Below, one piece after another: positions 58,820 through 64,000 of a stretch of DNA of 64,000 nt. This stretch comes from Chitinophagaceae bacterium. GTDB lineage: Bacteria; Bacteroidota; Bacteroidia; Chitinophagales; Chitinophagaceae. Location of the stretch: positions 4,985 through 68,984 of the forward strand of contig JAYWAN010000086.1 in the NCBI GenBank assembly GCA_043782405.1. The letters run 5' to 3'. The notes under the pieces are model-generated. The model worked only from the letters and a program-made list of their open reading frames with translations. It was not told the DNA's origin and did not search any database. Each line of letters opens with the position of its first letter. Position 1 is the stretch's first letter. The translations under genes and the position numbers were made by a program.

Positions 58820-59578
58820 TTAATGATTGGCCTGCTTGATCATTTGATTAAGGTAGGCGTATTTTAAAAAAGTATAACGGGCAGTGGTCTTAGCGATCAG
58901 GAAGCCTGCGGCACCATCCAAAAAACCCAGGCGGAAAAAATAATTATGCAGGAAAGAAAAAACGGGGGATAAATATTGTTTGACCAGGTTTTTCTTTTTC
59001 CCCTCTTCAAAATATTTCTGCGCATTCAATTTTGCATAATTGATGGTCTTTTGTTCGTATTCCGCCAACGACTGGACGGTATAATGCAGTATATGTCCTT
59101 TCAACAGCGAGATCGTTGTATCGGCATTGATAGTAAGGTTTTCATGTACGGCAGCTTCATTCCATCTTATCATGTTGCGGTTAAAGAGGCGAACATGTTT
59201 ATCGGTACCCCATTCGCCGTGCCTGATCCATTTGCCAATGAAAAAATTTTTATACTGTAACTCAAACACTTCGTTATCGTTTGCCGGTGACAGAGCCAGT
59301 AAAGATTGCCTGGCTGTTTCATCGATCACTTCATCAGCATCCAGGTTAAGTATCCAGTCATGTTTGGCTGCATCAATACCCTTGTTCTTATTGGGGCCAT
59401 AACCATTCCAGCCGGGTTTAAGAACAGTTGCATTGAATTGCCTGCATATTTCCAGTGTATTATCCGTGCTGCCGCTATCAACAATAATGATATCATCCGT
59501 TACCCCCTGCAGGCTTTGCAGTGTTTTACCAATGATATGCCCTTCATTCTTTGTGATGATAACAACAGATACAACCAT
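58820..59578 (-). CDS. GT2 glycosyltransferase (WaaE/KdtX-like)
   Basis: IITKNE, VDSGSTD, LDADE, RLF, VHE, GFLDG; ATG 59578. Confidence 0.9.
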   Translation of the reverse strand: MVVSVVIITKNEGHIIGKTLQSLQGVTDDIIIVDSGSTDNTLEICRQFNATVLKPGWNGYGPNKNKGIDAAKHDWILNLDADEVIDETARQSLLALSPANDNEVFELQYKNFFIGKWIRHGEWGTDKHVRLFNRNMIRWNEAAVHENLTINADTTISLLKGHILHYTVQSLAEYEQKTINYAKLNAQKYFEEGKKKNLVKQYLSPVFSFLHNYFFRLGFLDGAAGFLIAKTTARYTFLKYAYLNQMIKQANH

Positions 59579-59632
59579 TCTGCAAAGAAACAATTTTTTG
59601 GAAGATGAAGTTTTTCCAGTCAACTTTGTTTT

Positions 59633-60526
59633 ATGTGGGCAGAACAGTTACATGAAATAGAACAGGGCAATGATAAAACGCTGGCCCGTTGTATATCCTA
59701 TATTGAAAATGAAGTACCGGGCTATGAAGAGCTGCTGCAGCAGTTGCCCCCTTCGCTCACCCCTGTAACAGGCATCACCGGCCCGCCCGGTGCCGGTAAA
59801 AGCACTCTCACTGATGCATTGATCGGATCATTGGTTGCACAGGGAAAAAGGGTTGCGGTATTATGTGTCGACCCATCTTCCCCCTTTAATTTGGGTGCCT
59901 TACTGGGCGACAGGATACGCATGAGTGAATGGTACAATGATCCCAATGTTTTTATCCGTTCTTTGGCTACAAGAGGCTCTTTAGGTGGCTTACACCCCAA
60001 GATCATTGAGATCAGCGACCTGGTGAAAGCTGCCCCGTTTGATCATATCATTATTGAAACCGTTGGGGTAGGGCAAAGTGAGATAGAGATTGCGGGGCTT
60101 GCCGATACCACCGTAGTAGTAGTGGTTCCCGAAGCAGGAGATGAAGTGCAAACCATGAAAGCCGGCCTGATGGAAATTGCCGATGTTTTTGTGGTAAATA
60201 AAGCCGATCGTCCCGGTGCCGACCTCTTTGTAAAGAATTTACGCCTGATGCTGGCACCTGCTTTTCATAATCATACTATACCCGTTCCCGTTATAAAGAC
60301 CGTCGCTTCGCAAAAAAAGGGTATTGATGAATTGCTGGCAGCCATCAACAGTAATCTCCAGCAAAAAAAAGACAACGGTAAACGCTCCTGGCTACTTGCA
60401 GAGAAGGCCTATTATCTTATCCAGCAAAAGAAAATGAATACACTTACCAAGGCCGGGCTGAAACAAAAAATTGAAGCAGCCGGCAGTGATTTTAACCTCT
60501 ACAATTTTATAAAAAATTATTATTGA
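59633..60526 (+). CDS. meaB: Methylmalonyl-CoA mutase-associated GTPase MeaB
   Basis: GITGPPGAGKST, VDPSSP, LLGDRIRM, ETVGVGQSE, KAGLMEIAD, VNKAD. Confidence 0.93.
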   Translation: MWAEQLHEIEQGNDKTLARCISYIENEVPGYEELLQQLPPSLTPVTGITGPPGAGKSTLTDALIGSLVAQGKRVAVLCVDPSSPFNLGALLGDRIRMSEWYNDPNVFIRSLATRGSLGGLHPKIIEISDLVKAAPFDHIIIETVGVGQSEIEIAGLADTTVVVVVPEAGDEVQTMKAGLMEIADVFVVNKADRPGADLFVKNLRLMLAPAFHNHTIPVPVIKTVASQKKGIDELLAAINSNLQQKKDNGKRSWLLAEKAYYLIQQKKMNTLTKAGLKQKIEAAGSDFNLYNFIKNYY

Positions 60527-60608
60527 CCACCGTTGCGTTGAAGTAAGTCTTAATGATGCAACAACTTAATGGGTGATGACAAAGAAAGAATGAAAACAGT
60601 ATGAGGTG

Positions 60609-60833
60609 TTAAGCGTCAGTTCCTTTATTGCTTTTCCACCATCTGTAGCCTAGAACGCCTATGATGGCAAATGGTGCCAGCATTAAATAGATAATAGCTG
60701 TGTTCAATGCCCTGGCAGGTTTTTCGCCCATTTGCAATGCCGTTTTGGAGCATACAGAACATTGCGCCATAACCGGAGAACTAAAAATAGCTATCAAAAG
60801 AATCACCGCTAATATGGTTACACATTTTTTCAC
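60609..60833 (-). CDS. Small exported membrane protein with CxxC
   Basis: Signal peptide, AQCSVC, LNTAIIYLM..P TM helix; GTG start. Confidence 0.7.
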   Translation of the reverse strand: MKKCVTILAVILLIAIFSSPVMAQCSVCSKTALQMGEKPARALNTAIIYLMLAPFAIIGVLGYRWWKSNKGTDA

Positions 60834-60951
60834 CTGCGCCGCAAAGTTAAGGCGGAATAAGCTACCGGAAACAATTGTTTAACAGATTTTGCGCAGGTAA
60901 ATTATTGTATTATTCAATTTTGCTGTCTATTTTGTGACAAAATTTATATTT

Positions 60952-62154
60952 ATGCTTAAACAAGTATTGTTTTCACTAATTGGACTGTCCTTAATCAATG
61001 GCGCTGCAGCTCAAAAGAGCAAACCAGTGGAGGCTTCAACCGGAGGTAACAGTAAAGTGGTGAGCGCTACACCAACCCAGCCCGGCAAAAATGCTGAAGC
61101 TTTTTATAATGAGGGTATAAAATTAAAAGACCAGAAGAATTATACTGCTGCCATTGTTTCTTTTAAACAGGCCATTGCAAAAAACAGTAATTATAAAGAG
61201 GCCTATTACCAGGCCGGCTGGTGCTGCAACGAACTGGATAAATTCGCGGATGCACTTATTTACCTGAGAAGGGCCAAAACACTTTGGCCCGAGGAGGCAA
61301 AGGTTTACCTGGAGTTGGGCTATGCCAACCAACAATCAGGCAATACAAGTGAGGCTAAAGATAATTATGATAAATGCATTTCATTAAAAGACGACTATGC
61401 CCTGGCCTATGAATACCTGGGCAATCTTTTTTTTACTGATAAGAAATATGAAAAAGCATTGGAAAATTATGAAAGCTACAGCCGTTATGAACCAGACATT
61501 ACGAGTGGGACAATCTATTACAAGATGGGGTATTGCCAGAATGAAAAGGAAAAATATGATGATGCCGTTAAATCTTTAAAAAAAGCTGTTTCACTAAAAG
61601 CCGATTATACCGAAGCATATAATGAACTAGGGTATGCTTATACTAAACTGGAGAACAGCGAAGATGCCCTTAGCAGTTATAATGAAGCATTACGAACTAA
61701 TCCAAAATCAGATATTGCCTATAATGGTATTGGAGATGTGTATAAAAGCATAAAAAAAGACATGGACGAAGCCGTGAAGAATTATTTGAAGGCGCTGGCG
61801 ATAAATCCAAAAAATAAAAAATCCAACTACCTCATTGGCTGGTGTTATAACGACAAAGCAAAGTATAATGATGCCGTTCCTTACCTTAAAAAAGCCCTCG
61901 AAATAGACAAGGATTATGTTTCGGCCATAACAGAACTGGGTTATTGTGATTATGCCCTGGAGAATTATGATGATGCATTAAAGTTGTTTAACAGGGCGAT
62001 GGCCATCGACAAGAGCGAGCTTTCCGTGTATTATGCGGGGCTTTGTTATATTGGTAAGAAAGATAAGGGCAATGCGACAAAAATGTACAATGACCTGGTA
62101 GATATGAACTCTTCTTATGCAGATAAGCTAAAGCAGAGAATTGATAAGCTTTGA
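60952..62154 (+). CDS. Secreted tetratricopeptide repeat protein
   Basis: Signal peptide; about 10 TPR repeats (e.g. AYNELGYAY); ATG 60952. Confidence 0.9.
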   Translation: MLKQVLFSLIGLSLINGAAAQKSKPVEASTGGNSKVVSATPTQPGKNAEAFYNEGIKLKDQKNYTAAIVSFKQAIAKNSNYKEAYYQAGWCCNELDKFADALIYLRRAKTLWPEEAKVYLELGYANQQSGNTSEAKDNYDKCISLKDDYALAYEYLGNLFFTDKKYEKALENYESYSRYEPDITSGTIYYKMGYCQNEKEKYDDAVKSLKKAVSLKADYTEAYNELGYAYTKLENSEDALSSYNEALRTNPKSDIAYNGIGDVYKSIKKDMDEAVKNYLKALAINPKNKKSNYLIGWCYNDKAKYNDAVPYLKKALEIDKDYVSAITELGYCDYALENYDDALKLFNRAMAIDKSELSVYYAGLCYIGKKDKGNATKMYNDLVDMNSSYADKLKQRIDKL

Positions 62155-62164
62155 TGCAATGGCT

Positions 62165-62938
62165 TCAGGTCTTTATTTCTGAACTTATTGCAGTATTGTG
62201 AAAAATTTCCTGGTCAAAGAATTTTGGTTCGGTGATGTATGCATTTAATTCCCCTTTCATAATAGTGGAAGATAAAAGATCATCGGCACGGTACACTACC
62301 GGTGTTTGCGCAGCCAGTAATTTTTCAGCAGCCTCCTTTGTGATCGCATAAGCATGTGTGCAATCATGAAAACCTGCTTTTTTTAAATGTGTACTGTAAG
62401 GCCTTGGTAAAAGATTATTCACCATTTTGTAATTCCACCGCATCAAACCAAGGCTGCTGAATATTTTGTAAAAGAATTGCTTGGCTTTTAAACCTAGTGT
62501 TACTTTTTCATGCTTTAAATAACCAAAATAAACCAGTTCCCAATTGACAGGCAATTCCTGTAACACTTCGGGCAATGCAACAAGGTTATCACACAAAGGC
62601 AATACATCATCTTCCAGTATCAAAATTCTTTTCCAGTTATTTTCTATCATTGCAGCATAAACATTCCTGTGCGAAAGCGAGCAGGCGATCTCTCCAAGGT
62701 TAAGCGCTTTACCCTGTCGCTGCATTTTTTTTGCCTGTTGTTCATCATAAGTACCATCCGCTTTTACCCTGTCGTGATCCAGTTGCAGTTTATCGGCTCC
62801 CCAAAAATATTCAAATTGTAATCCCTGCAAATGCTGTTCTACACGCCGGTGCCTTTCCGTAAAACGCGGAACGGATACGACCAATATCTTATCAAAATAC
62901 TGTCGAAGAAGATTATTTGTACCCGGTGAAATAGCCAA
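62165..62938 (-). CDS. GT25 glycosyltransferase (LPS biosynthesis)
   Basis: GEIACSLSH, LILEDD, THAYAIT..AA.KLL; TTG start. Confidence 0.88.
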   Translation of the reverse strand: MAISPGTNNLLRQYFDKILVVSVPRFTERHRRVEQHLQGLQFEYFWGADKLQLDHDRVKADGTYDEQQAKKMQRQGKALNLGEIACSLSHRNVYAAMIENNWKRILILEDDVLPLCDNLVALPEVLQELPVNWELVYFGYLKHEKVTLGLKAKQFFYKIFSSLGLMRWNYKMVNNLLPRPYSTHLKKAGFHDCTHAYAITKEAAEKLLAAQTPVVYRADDLLSSTIMKGELNAYITEPKFFDQEIFHNTAISSEIKT

Positions 62939-63059
62939 ATGGAAAAATTTATTATTCCTGCAAAAATAGTTGTTTTAGGTTTGCCCAACATTGATCAAAC
63001 TGATTGCCATGACTGAACAATAGTTTATTTTTAAGGCAGGATTATATTAACAGCTATTA

Positions 63060-64000
63060 ATGATGAACGCTCCCTTTATTTCAATATGCATACCTACTTA
63101 CAAAAGGGCCGATCTTTTAAAGCAATTGCTGGATTCTATCGGGGTACAATCTTTCAAAAATTATGAGGTGCTGATCAATGATAACAGTCCTGATGATTCG
63201 GTAAAAGACCTGGTGGATGCTTATACCGGCCGGTTGGTTATTGCCTATGAAAAAAATCAACCGGCGGTAAGTGCTGTTGAAAACTGCAGAAGGGTGATGA
63301 GGCGTGCAAATGCACCATGGATAAAAGTAATACACGATGATGATTGGTTGGCAACACCCGATGCATTACAGAAATTTGCAACAGCTGCTGAACAATCGGG
63401 TAAAGATTTTATTTTTTGCGCCAGTAACCAGGTTTACCTCGAAACAAATAAGACTGAACCTGCATATTTAAGTGATGCAAACAGGAAAATGCTCGATGAT
63501 TCCGTTTTCAGCCTCATCTATTTGAATATGATCGGCCACCCCAGCGTGGTGATGCACAAAAAAGATAACAGCATTGAATATGACCCTGCATTCAACTGGG
63601 TGCTTGACATTGATTATTATACCCGCTACATCAATGCGCACCAGGGATATCATTATATTCCGGAAACACTTGTGAATATCGGCAAGGGTTCGGGACAGGA
63701 ATCCAGTAAATATTATAAAAACCCATTGGTGGAAATACCGGAATATTTTACGCTGCTGGCAAAATATGATAGTGGTCTTCTTTTAAAGAATGAATACGTT
63801 TTTCACCTGGTTTGGAATATGCTTAAACGTTACCACATAAAAAATACTGGAGAAGTGAAAGCTTTGGGTTATTACGGAGTAATGCCCGACAGGCTGGAAG
63901 AGATCATTAATTACCAGAAAAATATCCCCGCCATCATCCTTAAGCAAACGCCCTGGTCAAAAGCGCTGATGAAACGCTGTTATAAAAAAATATCTCCCGG
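63060..64000 (+). CDS. GT2 glycosyltransferase (runs off the window end)
   Basis: My translation: MMNAPFISICIPTYKRADLL..NDNSPDD..HDDDW; frame appears open to 64000, hence absent from the ORF track; start 63060 or 63063. Confidence 0.85.
   Translation, partial: MMNAPFISICIPTYKRADLLKQLLDSIGVQSFKNYEVLINDNSPDDSVKDLVDAYTGRLVIAYEKNQPAVSAVENCRRVMRRANAPWIKVIHDDDWLATPDALQKFATAAEQSGKDFIFCASNQVYLETNKTEPAYLSDANRKMLDDSVFSLIYLNMIGHPSVVMHKKDNSIEYDPAFNWVLDIDYYTRYINAHQGYHYIPETLVNIGKGSGQESSKYYKNPLVEIPEYFTLLAKYDSGLLLKNEYVFHLVWNMLKRYHIKNTGEVKALGYYGVMPDRLEEIINYQKNIPAIILKQTPWSKALMKRCYKKISP

Noticed and set aside
62995-63009. Sigma-54-like TGGCAATCAGTTTGA upstream of the GT25 gene
   Set aside because: The -12 dinucleotide is GA, not GC, and a TAnnTTTG element (62961-62968, minus strand) already explains the promoter.
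1-64000. tRNA, rRNA, transposase, integrase or prophage genes
   Set aside because: None recognised by eye; a tRNAscan-SE/Infernal run would be needed to exclude small RNAs fully.

Overview
Chromosomal segment of a Bacteroidota bacterium, most likely Chitinophagaceae (inferred from TAnnTTTG promoters, A-rich start regions without Shine-Dalgarno sites, and gene content). It holds about 64 CDSs. Housekeeping genes include prfA, tatC, rpiB, lysS, asnB, coaX, lptC, meaB and osmC. Other loci are a GH18-CE4-GT2 polysaccharide synthase fusion, an AT-rich copper-handling island (about 10.9-18.4 kb), an accessory mosaic (18.4-31.9 kb) with two gene remnants, an ECF sigma/anti-sigma-barrel pair, an orphan SdpR/SdpI module, and a TetR-TolC-EmrAB efflux operon. 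I found no rRNA, tRNA, CRISPR array or transposase. The best unexplained signals are four. (1) A sigma-54 promoter drives a predicted ~87-nt terminated transcript whose core is antisense to a start-codon region; one candidate target lies in this window. (2) A GxxExxY PD-(D/E)XK nuclease gene sits between inverted octamer-repeat arrays, and a similar gene-less element occurs at 9.25 kb. (3) A His/Cys-rich ORF with a C-terminal PP motif heads a copper operon that has no recognisable regulator, suggesting an arrest-peptide sensor. (4) The multicopper oxidase is fused to a PcoB-like barrel. All family calls come from motif recognition by eye; no database searches were run.
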